From Octopus sinensis (lineage: Eukaryota): a DNA stretch of 64,000 bases. Of this stretch, positions 1 through 14,444 are shown piece by piece (within the stretch, counting starts at the first letter, position 1; the number at the start of each line of letters is the position of its first letter). A model generated the notes under the pieces. It made no database searches, was not told the origin of the DNA, and was given only the letters and a program-made list of their open reading frames with translations. The stretch spans positions 186,001 to 250,000 of the forward strand of contig NW_021833026.1 of the NCBI RefSeq assembly GCF_006345805.1, written 5' to 3'. The position numbers and the translations under genes are program-made.

Positions 1-519
1 TATTTTTGCTTTCCATCAATCGAGAACTAAAATATTTGCCAACGATAACAAATAGCTCTCTTTGCATGGTTTTTTTATTAGAATCAGTCGTTTCTAAAAC
101 TTTCCTTTTATCCAGAGTTTTTTTCAAACGGCACAGTTAAATATTTGACTTTTTATGCAAAGGTGTTCAACTTCACTACGATTTCTCTTCCCTTCTTATT
201 TACTAACATCATTTCACAAAAAAGTCAAGGTAAAAGTGTAACGCTTAAAATTGGTGTAACCTGCATAGAGCGCGACAATATTAATTTCAAAGAAAATGCA
301 TTAACATCAACTTCAGTATTCATCTGACATTGAAAAATCGATTACAGGAACTTGTTTTCGATTTTTTCAGTACAAATTCACGTTGGATTTTCATCAGATT
401 CAATATTGACAATTCATTTACATATCAGTATCGTATTTGTAATATGATATTTTTATTATATTTTATCTAAATTTCTAACCGTGATTTCTATTTATCTTTA
501 TGGATTGTGTAAAAAAAGT

Positions 520-660
520 CACAATGTATAAAGATGAATATATTTCTGTTGTATTTATTAACGATAATCCTAATAAACCACTTGGTCTTCAATTTGCTGC
601 AATTTTTTCGATTGAGGCAATGAAAACGTCAGGTTTGATTAAATAGCTCTCAGCTATTTT
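520..660 (+). mobile_element. Degenerate hAT transposase N-terminal fragment
   Basis: Reads MYKDEYISVVFINDNPNKPLGLQFAAIFSIEAMKTSGL, resembling the BED-finger N-terminus of Buster/ZBED5-type transposases (KPxCxxC...EAMKPSxL) with the Cys residues lost. Confidence 0.4.
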
Positions 661-677
661 TGGGTGATCGATTAAGG

Positions 678-1978
678 CAGTGGTTCTCAAACTGGGGTAC
701 GCGTACCCCTAGGGGTACGCGAAATTCTGTAGGGGGTACGCGAAAATTTTTTGAAAATCTATTTAATTTTCGTTTCAACATAAAAAAGTTATTAATTCTA
801 ATTATAATAAAAATCATAATTAATTAAATAATTAATAATAAAATAAATCTCCACGCTACTAGTTTTTCTTATGAGTTTACCTGTTAACAAGATTCGAAAA
901 TACAACGATAGTTATCTCAACTATGGATTTTATTTTGTGATTAAAAACGGTGTGCCACATCCGCAGTGTATTATTTGCCAAAAGATTATTTGCCCTGAAT
1001 CCATGAAACCTTCATTACTTTCTCGGCATCAAGTTTCTAATCATTTCGAAACTATCGGAAAACCAAATGACTTTTTTAAGAACAAAAAAGATAATATTCG
1101 GAAAATAGACGATTCTTTCAATTTTGACATTAATTTTTTACTATCAAAACTCTCTTACATGATTTCATATCGGATCGCAAAAGCCAAAAAACCACATACA
1201 ATTGCCGAGAATCTTATTATACCGTGCATTAAGGACATGTTTAATGTTTCCCTGGCAATAAATTGGAGCATATTGTTCGAAAAATTCCATGTTCAAATGA
1301 TACCGTCAATAGAAGAATACGAGATCTATCCGAAAACATAAAAGAACAAGTTATTTTCTGGTTAATTATTATTAGGTCATTACTGAAATAAAAGTGCTGC
1401 TTTAAAAAATTTTCAATTCAATTGGATGAATCAACAGATGTAGCAAATTGCTCTCAGTTACTCGTTTTGTGCGATATATTTATATGGAAAATATTAAGGA
1501 AGAATTTTTGTTCAACTATTCCTTACCTTTAAACACAAAAGGGTTCTGATATTTTCGATGCAGTTAATTGTTTTTTTGAAACAGAAGGTACATTTTTGAT
1601 TTTTTACTTATGATAGGCCTATTGTGGCAAAATCTTAGTGCATGCACCACAGATGGAGCACCAGCTATGCTTGGATGTAACTCTGGTTTCCGAGGTAGAG
1701 TACAATCTGTCAATCCAAATGTAAAACATCTTCACTGTATGTTGCATCGTTATGTTCTTGCTGTGAAGACAATGCCTCTTGAACTTAAAAATGTTCTTGA
1801 CGATGTTATTAAAATTGTCAATCATATCAAAAAAAGTCCTTTAAATTCGCGAATTTTTATTCAATTTGTGAAGAATTTGGTTCAGATGAGAAGGTTTTAC
1901 TATATCCACAGAAGTTCGATGGTTATCAAAGGAAATGTTCTTTCCAGAGTGCACAGTTTGAAGAATGAAATTTTATGA
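678..1978 (+). mobile_element. hAT (Buster/Charlie-type) DNA transposon, 3'-truncated, frameshifted transposase
   Basis: 5' TIR CAGTGGTTCTCAAACT at 678 followed by palindromic GGGGTACGCGTACCCC; ORFs with PQCIIC..ESMKPSLLSRH, KPHTIAENLI, LDESTD-like, CTTDGAPAMLG, HCMLHR motifs. No 3' TIR found. Confidence 0.9.
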
Positions 1979-2428
1979 ATAACCTCACCTTAATCATTAA
2001 GGCCATAATTTTTTATGTAGTTTCAATTAGTCCTCGTTTTACACGCAAAAGACAGATAACCTGATTGGGAAGCATACATAATATTTGAAATCTCGATTCT
2101 CTAAGAAGAAGTCTTAATATATCGCCAAATATAGCGGTCCCTACAGCATTCCCACTTTAATAAATTTCCTGTGTATTTAATGAGTTGTTTTCTGGGACTC
2201 TCTTGGCATACTTTTTTACATTCTCGATGTGTACATTTGGTTCCTCAAGACAACTTTTAAATTTAAAAATATCAAAATCGCTAGAATTAAATTTTATTGG
2301 TTTTGGCTAATCTTTCTGACTTTATCGGCCTACTTTAAATTGATCAGTTTTTTGATATTACACAGATCCATGTTTTATCTTTATCAAAAAGAATTTAAAT
2401 AGCATAAAATCAAGAAAAACAAACAGAA

Positions 2429-3038
2429 TTAGTTAGCCTTGCCTGCTTTGGGACGTCTATGTTTGGCAGACCACTGATGGCGAAGAGCCTTGAAGGCATC
2501 GAAATTCTTTTCGGCATCAGTGACAAGTCGAGGAGGTTCGGACTTGGCCTGTGTGATGGGGATTATGTCCTTGGAGACATTCACGCTGATCTTTCCTTGA
2601 GCGTGGAGCTGGAAGTATCTCAGAAACAGAAAATACAGCACTGATGGAGACATTTTTACTCTTCACGACCAACATGGACAAATATTCCCGGAGACGAGCC
2701 ACGTTAGCAGTGAGACCTTCCACAGACTTGTTCTTCCGTCTGTAGTCCACAGATATTCCCACAGTAGGGGCGTAGTACTTGTTGAGGCCAACTGCCTTCA
2801 GTTCCTGTAGACTGAACCCTCGGCCTCTTCGGACACGGAAATTATAGCGCCTGGTGGGACACCTCACAACGGGGCGGAGAAGGGAAGTTGGCTGTAGAGG
2901 ATTGGCTGCCTTCTTTTCGGCACGAAGACGTCTCCTCCTTATTTTTTTCATTGGCTGATCGAAACATGTCTTTATTCGTCTGGTCCAGTGTTTACGTCTA
3001 TGGTCATTTGGCAGAGGTTGACTTCCAGCAAAAGGCAT
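2429..3038 (-). CDS. RPL13: 60S ribosomal protein L13 (2 exons; inferred 28-nt intron 2609-2636)
   Basis: W..RIKTCFDQP, LRPVVRCPTRRYN, GRGFSLQELK, GISVDYRRKNKS, C-terminal EKNFDAFKALR; GT..AG intron 2609-2636 joins ORFs 2517-3038 and 2429-2653. Confidence 0.95.
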
Positions 3039-3329
3039 TCAACAACAACACAAAACAATAAGCGTGTGTGAAAATTTATTCAATTTTAATTAACATTATA
3101 TATTAACAGATAAATAATAAAATCTTCAGAGGTGATGAGAAAATTAAACAAATGCATTTCAAAGACTTTTTTTGTATGAACTTAACTCAAGCTTTATGTA
3201 GTTTTTGCACTTGATTCACAATTGTGCATCAAGAATGAAATTAAATTATCTCGTAGTAGATCACTTAATTGCCTCTATAAAATGATTTGTTTTGAAAAAT
3301 AATAGTAGAAGGCAGCTATTTGCTAAAAT

Positions 3330-3545
3330 AGGACTACCTCCAGAACTTATCGTTAATAAATGGAGAAGCTGCCTCCGAGCAACCAAATATTATGCGGAAA
3401 AAATTTCTTAGAGTGTTGGAAATATGCAATTCGCTAAAAGGAAAATTCACATTGATTCAGAGAGAAAAAAAATCCCGTGAGACCCAATGGCTGTTTCAGC
3501 ATCTCTCAATAGCGATCATCCGGGAGAGCTGCATTAGCATTTTTC
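3330..3545 (+). mobile_element. Degenerate CRE-like retrotransposon 3' fragment
   Basis: Reads RETQWLFQHLSIAIIRESCISI, matching the C-terminus of the CRE copies in this window (PREFSWLLERLSIAVIRGN). Confidence 0.5.
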
Positions 3546-4581
3546 TTCTTTTTTCGATTAAATAAATTATTGAATGTATTCCCTAAAAATTATTTTCAAA
3601 AAATCGTTTTAGGTTTACATTTTGATCAATTTTCTTTTTTTGGATCAATTTTGTTGACTTTTGTGAGATCGATTTTTAGATCAATTTTGTGTTTGCCCTA
3701 GTTATTAATAACAGAAATGTCCTTCATACCTTAGAAATAAAATCTTTTCCGCCTGATTGGGATACTTTGAGTATTGTTTTTTATTAAAGTTGTAAGTTCA
3801 AACCTACTCCAGAATTAAATGTCACTGGTTTTATGTCGGCTGGGGCAACGCATAATTTAGAATTGTACACTCACGAGAACTCGTATCTGATACAACCTTA
3901 TGGCATTCCTCTTATGTACAGCATGAATAGGAAAGCATTTAACTATTTTAGTTATTTCAAACTTTTTAGAATTTTCAATACATTAAATTCTTCTTATCTT
4001 TCATTAATTGTCACCGGCCGCGAAAGCGAAAGCTCTCTGAATGATTGCGTTTTTGCGTCCACGTATCCAATAATTTATCTAAATTTGATTAGATTTATGT
4101 TTGATTTATCTGATTCTTCTGACTGACCCCGGGTCTACGACAGTCTAAATCGATCAACACCCTTATTTTGACTGACTAATACTTAACATTGTGAATAAAA
4201 AATTTATCTGATTTTGATTAAAATTATCAATAGTGCGGTTCTTTATGATAAACGGTGATTTTTTAAGTCAGATCTATGACAAAAATTACAAAATACAGAA
4301 AATTCCTCAAAATCCGTTATTTTCAAAAATTCTAGTTATAACAGGGAATTGCAAAAATTTTTCAAAAATGCAAAAAAAATTAGGTTTTATAAACCAATTG
4401 CGCCTTTAAATTTCTGTTGTATCTAATAAATAGACAAGGAATGGATAGTTTGCTTTTATTCGACAAGTTTAAACTTTATGGGGTTTGTTTGTAACAAAGT
4501 TAGATTAAAATCATCAATTCATAAAATATGATTAATAAAAGCCCAAATAAAAAAGAAACCAAAGAAATAAGAATTAATAAT

Positions 4582-5890
<1,309 letters not shown>

Positions 5891-7091
5891 CTGAAAAAAA
5901 TATTTTATTTTTTTTCTAATCTATTTTGGTTAACAAATAGTTATTAATATATCTATAATTCAAGTTTTCTAAAAATGTAGTTAAATATTAAATTTTTCTT
6001 AAATAATAAAAATTATTGTTTTTTATATAAATTTTTGAGAATTCTCAATATATTAGTTTTTTCTTTTCTTTTATTAATTACAAAAATTCAGATTTATCTT
6101 TGAATCTAAAAATTTTAAAGAATTTCGAGACTAACTTTAAAAAATGAGTTAATTTTTCACATATTTGTGGTTTAAATATCCCTAATCAATTTTATACTTG
6201 ATTTTTCAATTTAATTTTCCTTCAAATATTTGAAAACTTAATTTTACAAAAAATTTATCTCTGAAAAGAGATATCCATCAGGAAGTTTCCTATTCATGCC
6301 GTCAAGGACAACTGCTTCAAACATTGATATAAATCCTACTAGTAATTTTTTTAACATGTCGATGATTGATGTAGGTGGAGGAAACTTTTTTTTAGTATTG
6401 TGTTAGCACGAAAAGGGCATGAAGACTATTCACCCACAAATACGACGCTCGGGCTGGTGAAGATATCAAAAATATTAATTTTAAACTTTTAGAAAATTTT
6501 GATCTTTAAAATTTTCCCATGTTTTATCTGCCATATAAGGATATTATTAAGATAAGCCAACTTTCCTTAATAACAATCAGATAATTTTTTTATTAATCAA
6601 TTTTTTTGAAGTCAAATATAAAAACACAGACAAAAATTATATTAAATTGCCGGCGCATAAGATGACCTGGCTGTTCCCCCGGACGATCGCCAACCAGACT
6701 CTTTGGACAAGATGTCGTTGGGGTTTTTACTTTTTTAGCGATCTTTGTCTCCAGCCGACGAAGGAAAAAAGTGATTTCAGACCGATGACCTCTGATGTCT
6801 CCATGGCTATTGGAGCAAAAATTTGATCAGATAAATTAGCCCAAAAGAATTAGAAACAAAGCCGTTGATAATGATACTATATTTCAGTATATTTTTTTTC
6901 TTTGCTTTTATTAATCGAGAATACTCAAAATGGGAGAATATATAAAAGTATATTTTAAAATTAATTTCCTCGGTTTCCTCGATTTTTATAAGGTCTAGTA
7001 TTTTTTACGTTATGTATAACAAATTATTAAAAATAGACCAGAACTCTAAATGCAAGAATACATAAGAAACCGAGACAGTAAAATTACTAAA

Positions 7092-8060
7092 TTAACGAGA
7101 TTCGGCAAAACCAATACGATTCAGATCAAAGTCAAAGATAGTATAGTAACGACGTATAAAGAAATCTCCAAATATCCAGAAATAATCTCCAAAATCATTT
7201 ATTCCAAAAATATTGACCCCGCACACTGGAGATGATTTAATCTAACCAATCAAAACAATGCACTCAACAGGAACAATATAGTCATCAGGTTTTAACACAA
7301 ACTTGGTATCCCCAATATTTATTACCAATGAAGGGAATCTTCCGATTGGCCGACAAGATAAAATAACTGGCTAAACAGTGCTTATAACTTTTTTACCATA
7401 TTATCAATGTAGATGACTCCTAACAATTTGTGTATTAACTCCACTTTATGTTTAGGACCATACAGTCCAGCAGTGCCCGTATCAGCGATGGCCTGGAAGT
7501 TGTAAAAAATCAGATTCCCAATAGAAATACTGCAATATAAAAACAGGAAAAGACCTATCAACTGCAAACTGCCAACAGTATAGAAAGGTAACATTCACAT
7601 AGGTAATATTCCCTCTATAGTGCCGATGATCGATAAATTCGATTGTCAGTTCTCCTCCCAAGAAGATATCTGGATCACTACTACTCGGAAAGTGAAATAA
7701 GCTCGAAAGATAGAATGCAAAGATAGAGCGATTTATTAGTCCCTGTCGTCTCATTTGCTGAATTGGGGGTATTAAATAACACTACAATAACACCTGTTGA
7801 TTTTAAACTGTTAATAGTACGGAAAACTAACATCCACATAAGTAATATTCCCTTTATAGTGCAGAGGATCCAGGTATCCAATTGTCAGTTCTCCTTCCAA
7901 GGAGGCTTCGGGATCTCTGTTAGTTAAAAAATCAATCAACTTTGCAAAATAGAATGTAAAACAAGATCGATCTATCAGTCCTTTCTGTCTCATTCGTTGT
8001 ATTGGTGGAGTTACATAGTTGATTTCCTTTATAATGATTAAAATAGAGAAATCCGATTGT
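7092..8060 (-). pseudogene. Partial aspartic protease copy B (C-terminal half plus an extra internal fragment)
   Basis: 7092-7790 is near-identical by eye to copy C (59460-60138) in inverted orientation; contains AIADTGTAGLYGP and ends GFAESR*. 7800-8060 repeats the PPIQRMRQ..GELTIG segment. No N-terminal lobe. Confidence 0.8.
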
Positions 8061-8519
8061 CAGTTGTGCATGGCCCGCATGTGAAGAACAGAATTTTTCC
8101 TCCCAGGTTAGGAGTCAACACTTTTTTAACCACTTACATTGCTAGCATCTAATTTTGTTTTTGATTTACGCATTCAAGAGATTTGTTTATTACGAAAACA
8201 GAATTTACGGGAAGCCGACGCGATCGCATTCAATAGAAAGAGATTATTAAATTTTACACAGATCGTAATTTAAAATTAGAAACTTTTGAATAAATAATTA
8301 TGTTATATGCACGTTTTCTTGTAATTTTGTGTTGTTGGGTATTTTATCGCATATATGGCATGTTCATTCGACGAATGAATCATCTGAATATGCAACATTA
8401 TTTTCTTGATTGCAACTCTCATTATATATATTTTGAGATACTTAACAAGATACATTTTTTGTGCTCTGTTTCATTCATGCTACTTAACAATTTAAGATAA
8501 TGAGTCATATTAATTTAGA

Positions 8520-8640
8520 ATTTTTGAGGATTGGAATCTGTCTAAGCCTCGGTTTGAAAATTTTCCATCCTTGTGGGTGTGTGCCTCCGGACCGTCGCCC
8601 GATATGCTCTTCATTCTCCACGCGCAAGCATAGGACATTG
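8520..8640 (+). mobile_element. Degenerate CRE-like fragment
   Basis: Reads LRIGICLSLGLKIFHPCGC, matching LRFGICLRLGLPICNPHSCRCG of neighbouring CRE copies. Confidence 0.45.
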
Positions 8641-8670
8641 AATATTGAAATTTAATTTTAACTAAAAACC

Positions 8671-10401
8671 ATGGGCCCATTATTATTTGCCCTTTTTGTG
8701 GATTTTATTGCCCGTAAGAATTTGTCGCCTCTGAATATTTGGTATTTGGATGATTGTATTATTGGTGGTCCGCCCGATATTTTGATAAAGGACTTGGAAT
8801 CTCTAATCCCAGCTTTGTCATCCATTGGTCTCGAAATTAATTTTCTCAAATCTGAAATCGTAAATGTTTACATCGATCGTGTTAGTTTTCAAAACATTCT
8901 TTCTCAGTTTCGAGGCCTTTTGCCCGATCTGAGACATACTTCCACTGCCGATCTCGAAATCTTGGGTGCTCCGATCTACGACCAATCCGCCATCCGTATT
9001 CTTAATTCCAAGAGGAATGCCCTTTCTTCCCTTTGTGATAAACTTGCAGATATTGATCCCCACCCTGCTTATTTCATTCTCAAAAATTATCTTCTGATCC
9101 CGAAAATCAATTATGTCCTAAGGAGTTCCCGCTGCTTTTCTATTCCTATTGCCCTGGATTCTTTCGACGCTCTGGTGCGTTCTTCCGCTGAGAAGATTTT
9201 TAATGTCAAGTTTGATGACGTAGGTTGGTGTCAGGCCAAACTTCCTGCATCTTTTGGCGGTCTGGGGCTTCGCTCCGCGCTCGACCTTTCTCTTCCCGCT
9301 TTCCTTTCATCTTCCTCAGGATTGTATCTTCTTGTCCATAAGATTCTTGAAAAATCACCCGAATCAACTTTGGACTCTGATATCAATTCTGCACTCTTGC
9401 TTTGGAAGGAAAAGGATTTCGTCTTACCGTCAGAACGATCTCTCCAACGTGATTGGGACAAAATTATTTGTGAATATCACGTTGACTCGTTGGAGCGTCT
9501 CTTGGACCAGCACAGACTAGCTTGCTTCCGTGCCAGTCGCCAACCGTATTCTGGCTCCTGGCTTAACTGCCTTCCCACGACCCATTTGGATACCTGCCTC
9601 GACTCTGATGCCCTCCGTTTTGGAATATGCCTTCGTCTCGGACTACCGATTTGTAATCCCCACTCCTGCCGGTGTGGATCAACGATGGACACATACGGGC
9701 TCCATGCCCTTTCCTGCAAGAAAAGCGCAGGTCGCATACCTCGTCATTCGGCTCTTAACAAGATCATTCTCCATGCCCTCGAAAAGGCAGGGTAGCCTTC
9801 TGTCCTTGAGCCAATTGGTCTTGACCGTGGTGATGGAAAAAGGCCTGATGGCTCGACGTTGTTCGCTTTCGACGCTGGTAAACCACTAGTTTGGGATGCC
9901 ACGTGTGTTGATTCCTTCTCTAAGTCGGCCATCAACGAATCCGCCTCTCTGCCCGGGTCCCGTGCTAATAGGGCTGAATATACAAAATCCGAAAAATACC
10001 AGGGCTTGTTAGACGGCTTTTGGTTTTGGCCAATTGTTGTTGAGACTTCGTGCGTCTTTGGCACAAAGACAGTTGGTCATCTGAAGAAACTTGGCCACCT
10101 CTGTTCATTACGCTCCAAGATCCTACATTCCTAATCCAAAGGATCCTGTTGGCCGTTTGCGTGGGAACAGCTGTTCCATCCGGCTTATATTACGCAACAT
10201 ACGGAATCATATTAGTTATAATTACCGTGCAGCATTAAAAACATCCTTTGAACCAGTCCTCATCCCTGTTGAGCGAGTTTCGCTGTGATCGTGGAACAGC
10301 TGTCAAGTCCGGCATCCGTGCTCGATTCCATCCGGCTTGGGCCGATTAATTTCTGATTAATTTATCTTTCCTAGTATTTTTGAATAATATAACTTTTACC
10401 T
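8671..10401 (+). mobile_element. CRE-like RLE non-LTR retrotransposon copy 1, 5'-truncated
   Basis: GPLLFAL, WYLDD, zinc motif CRCG..GLHALSC..RIPRH, RPDG, WDATC, VETS endonuclease motifs; flanked by direct repeat ACTAAAAACCAT (8661-8672, 10402-10413). Confidence 0.92.
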
Positions 10402-10604
10402 ACTAAAAACCATTTATCTTAATTGTTAATAAAAAAACATCTCACTAATTTTAAAAGTTTGTACTTAACATCAAACAATACACTGAGTCAATTCATTAAT
10501 GATGCCAAAATATCAGTGACGAGCATCAGACTTGAACTTGCGCCAATTTATAGCATTTTCTAAATAGTTTTTAAAAATTATTTCCCGTTTGTTTAACAAT
10601 CAAA

Positions 10605-12188
10605 ATGTCTCGTCGAATCGGAAACAACTTTTTGCAGATTTGGATTGCTTCTTTTGGATTTCTGTTTCTCTACACTGCGTTTCAGACAATCGCCTTGCTG
10701 TGCGTATATCTTTCGTCTAAGCATATTTAGCAAATCATCATTGACACCCACGGACATAAAAACGTCAATGGCAATATCAGGTGTTCTTAGTCTCTGAATT
10801 CTGTACTTAGTCTTGGAATTCTGTTTTCGACTATACTTTTGTTTTTTTTAGCGATTCCACAAATTATCCACAAATTCGGAGTACGCACCACTTTAGTTGT
10901 ATCCTCGTTTTTATTTCAGTTTTTTTAATATTATATACATAGTCCATACATATTCTCGTTTATCGCCATGAATCCGTTGTCTTTGTATATTTCTTCAGCA
11001 TTCAACGGTTTATCTACTGTGGGTAGAATCCTAGTTTTCATTTTAGGACTATGGACATGTCACGGGACGTTGATCACTGAATTATCCGACGAAAAAAACA
11101 TCGATAGAAACATCGGGACTTTTTGGATGATTTATCAAACAAGGTTAGTAATATAATAGAGTCTGAGTTTTTTATGGGGAAATATTCTTGTTTTTGGCCT
11201 CTTTAACACTTCCAATGACTCTCCACAAAAAATACAGGTGCTCGTGTCGGTTATGGGCTCTTTGTCGATTCTCGGGAGTCTGCTTTTGTCCACACTCGTT
11301 TTGCCGCGTTTCCGGACGACAGAAAGCCGTATTGACCATTGGACCGGTTTAGTAATGTTTGCTAAATTTCAGTTTTACAAGACTTGAAAAGTTGAGTATT
11401 GTTAATAAACATAGAAATGGCATCACTACTGAGAAGTGGACTAAATCTGTTGTTTTACGTCTTGTTTGTATATGTAGGTAAATTTTCTTGTGGCTTATTT
11501 AAGGAATCGAAGTCGCTTTTCTGACAGGAATTTTTGAGACTTTTGTCTCACGAACTGAATGCTTTGGGGAGAATAGGCGAGGCTTAGTAGGAGTGATAGG
11601 ATGCTGCATTGGAATCGGCGAAATAGCTGGTTTTCAGTGTTTAGTAGCTTTCTAGCTGCTATATTCACAATGTTTACCAAACTTGGAAGCAAGACTGTGA
11701 TTAGTTTTGGATATGGTAGCCACGTGGTAGCTTATGTCATTTGTCTGGTCACGTTGCCCAACAATTCGAGCTTCAAATCCTCGAAACACGAGACAATCCT
11801 GTTTTCCTACATTGGCAGGTTGTCAATTTTGATTTATTAAAGCGATGCAAAGTATTTTACAGTGCTCTGCGGACTATTGCTTGGATTTGGAGATGGTTGT
11901 ATATACAATATGGTGGATTAGTACTTATTAATTTAAGATCGTCAAAACAATCAGCTGCCAGTTTAAAAAAGACTCGGCTTCACTGTTCTCCATATTTCTG
12001 GTTTTGCAGGTTTGGGTTAAATCGACTTTGAATAGAGCATTGGGTCATTGTCTATATATTTTACAGCCAGTCATATCACAGTCCGGCAGAACTTGACTAT
12101 CTGTCTCGTATTTTTGCATCTTGGGTTAACTGGGTTCTGTATATTTGATACAAAAATCAACAAAAACTCGAGAGTAGTGAACATTTAG
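10605..12188 (+). CDS. MFSD11: MFSD11/UNC93-like MFS membrane protein, multi-exon
   Basis: Start MSRRIGNNFLQIWIASFGFLFLYTAFQT; LWTCHGTLITELSDEKNIDRNIGTFW matches the UNC93-like LWTAQG..SD...IGRNSGIFW motif; many hydrophobic segments split by short introns. End approximate. Confidence 0.8.
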
Positions 12189-12259
12189 ATACTAAAATAT
12201 TTGTCCGTTTTTAACAATTTTTAATGACTAAAAACTGTTTTTTTTAAATCAAATCAAAA

Positions 12260-13420
12260 ATCAAAATTTATTCCAAAGACCACCGTTAACCAAAAGAAAA
12301 AACTAACTAGGTGATCCCGACGAATTTGATCATTGCTCTCAGCTTCGCTCTGTGCTGCTCTCTTGAGCCCACACAAGATCGTTGAGGGCGGATCGTTTCT
12401 TTATACCATTGATGCCCTTTTGTATTCTTCTCAATGAGAGTTTCGAAAAAGATTGGTGGTTTGATAGCTTCACCTGTATGCCACCTTTCGGTAAGTGTGA
12501 AAGCTCTTTTCTGGGTTGCGGAGATTTTACGGATGTTTGTATTCGAAATCAGTGGCCCCCATGAGGCACAAACATATGAGATACATGGTTCGATATACTG
12601 TGAGTAGAGTGTTTTAAGTATAGGGTGATTTCCCATTTTCCATAGACCAGTTAGGCATTTCAGGAGGTTGATTTTCTTTTCACATTTGTTCAGCACATCT
12701 GCGACATGTTTAGAGAAGTTCATGTGCGTGTCATAAGTTAATCCCAACATCTTTTGCCATTTGCTGAAAGGTAATACTCTTCCCTCCACAACAACTTCGA
12801 TTGAAGTTTTCGATAGTCTTTTGACTGAGGAGTAGAGAGTTGTGACAGATTTTTCTGTGTTGATCGACATCCGGTTTACGTTAAACCACTCAACTAGGTG
12901 ATCCAGGTTTTGTTGTAATCTTCCTTTTGCTGTTTGGATGTTCTGGTCCCGTGATGCCAATACAATGTCATCTGCATAGGCCAGAAGCAGATCGTCATCG
13001 CCATTAGGCGTCGGAATATCGGCCGTAAACAAATTGAATAGGGAAGGTGATAATGGTGAGCCCTGGGGTACACCATTTGGGAATAGACGGGAAATGGAAC
13101 GAATGTTTCCAAAGCATACTCCTTTTCTTCGACCGCTGAGGAAGTTAGTCAACCAGAGCTTGAGGTCTTCGGGGATGTTTGATTGGTAGATTTTCCATGC
13201 TAGGTTTTTTCTAGACACAGCGTCGAAGGCTTTGTGGATATCCAGCGAACAAAGTACAGTTTTCTGATGTCTTGGCTTGCACGAAATGCCAGAACAGATA
13301 AAGTCAGTCAAGAAGCTAAGGAAGCTTGCAGTGGAACAATCTTTTTTGAATCCATGTTGGAAAGCCTTGTTGGGAATGCTGTTAATGATTTTTGTGAGGA
13401 TGAGTTTTTCCAAAGATACA
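12260..13420 (-). mobile_element. I/Jockey-like LINE reverse transcriptase, 5'-truncated ('GIT-end' family)
   Basis: QHGFKK, LDIHKAFDAV, GVPQGSPLSPSLFN, YADD, MLGLTYD; ends H..KLR....VGIT*. Confidence 0.88.
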
Positions 13421-14444
13421 TTAATTGATGATTTTGTTATTTAAATATTTTTTAATTGAATTTATTTTTGGTTTAATACAATATTATACACTTTTCGAGG
13501 TGGAATGATCTCTTACCAATTCAACTCAGAAGTTGACATTGAAGAAGATGATTATAACGAATTTAAATGCCACGTAAACTTTGCATCTGACGAAATGATT
13601 CTTATGCCAAATATAACCCGATCTCGAAGTTCGATCTCTCGGTACAGTCCTCATACTAATATATAGCTCATTCGCAGGCTTTCTAAACGAGGGAAGGGGC
13701 GGCACAATCCACCTGGGAATAACCGACGACGGAAGGACAGTCGGAATGCCAATGAACGAGGACAAAGTTTAAAAGTTTTCTCACATAGGCTGACCACATA
13801 TTCCTCAATATTATTGACTTGTGCAGTCGCTATAACCCACCAGTGCCCTCGTTTATGTACTCAGTTGAATTTGTGCCTGTTCTCATGCCGCACGAGGAAT
13901 GTCCCACTGTCCCTCCTTATTCTCGCGTGTATTCTCAGTGGTGTATGTTTGAGGTCGGTTACTGGCAATGAGAAGCAACATTCCTTCAGGAAGAAGACTT
14001 GTTTCTGCCACAACACCGAAGTGGAGTTGATGTCTTATTTGCAGGTAAAGAACCGATGTGTGGTGAGGCTGCACATAGCCAAGTGGGAGAACACGTTGTG
14101 TAGGGAACTTTGTCACACAAAATGTCGTCTTCCCCCTATTTACGAGAACGAGGATGGAGATGTATACATTCGAAGACTGGCTTCTGTTCAAAAGGTAGTT
14201 TGATGGATAGGAGACTGCAGATATCTCATATGGATGTGATTGCCCGCACTCAGTTTATTGTTCGAAATTTTTATGGCGACCAACTGGTCCGGTTTCCTTC
14301 TTTTTATATTTGTAGGCTTAAAAGTCTTGGAAAATAGCGTTTAGTACAATTTGATATCATTTATGTTTTTTATATTCAATAAAAGTTATTTCACCTAATT
14401 CTTTTGACGAATAAGTTTATTTTGATTAATGATAGTAACGATTG

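Noticed and set aside
670-2002. GATTAAGG / CATTAAGG as TSD of the first hAT
   Set aside because: One mismatch and no adjacent 3' TIR, so it cannot be distinguished from chance.
12271-13417. TTCCAAAGA direct repeat as TSD of the LINE
   Set aside because: The left copy lies in a 3' UTR segment also present in the 47630 family member, so it is probably element sequence.
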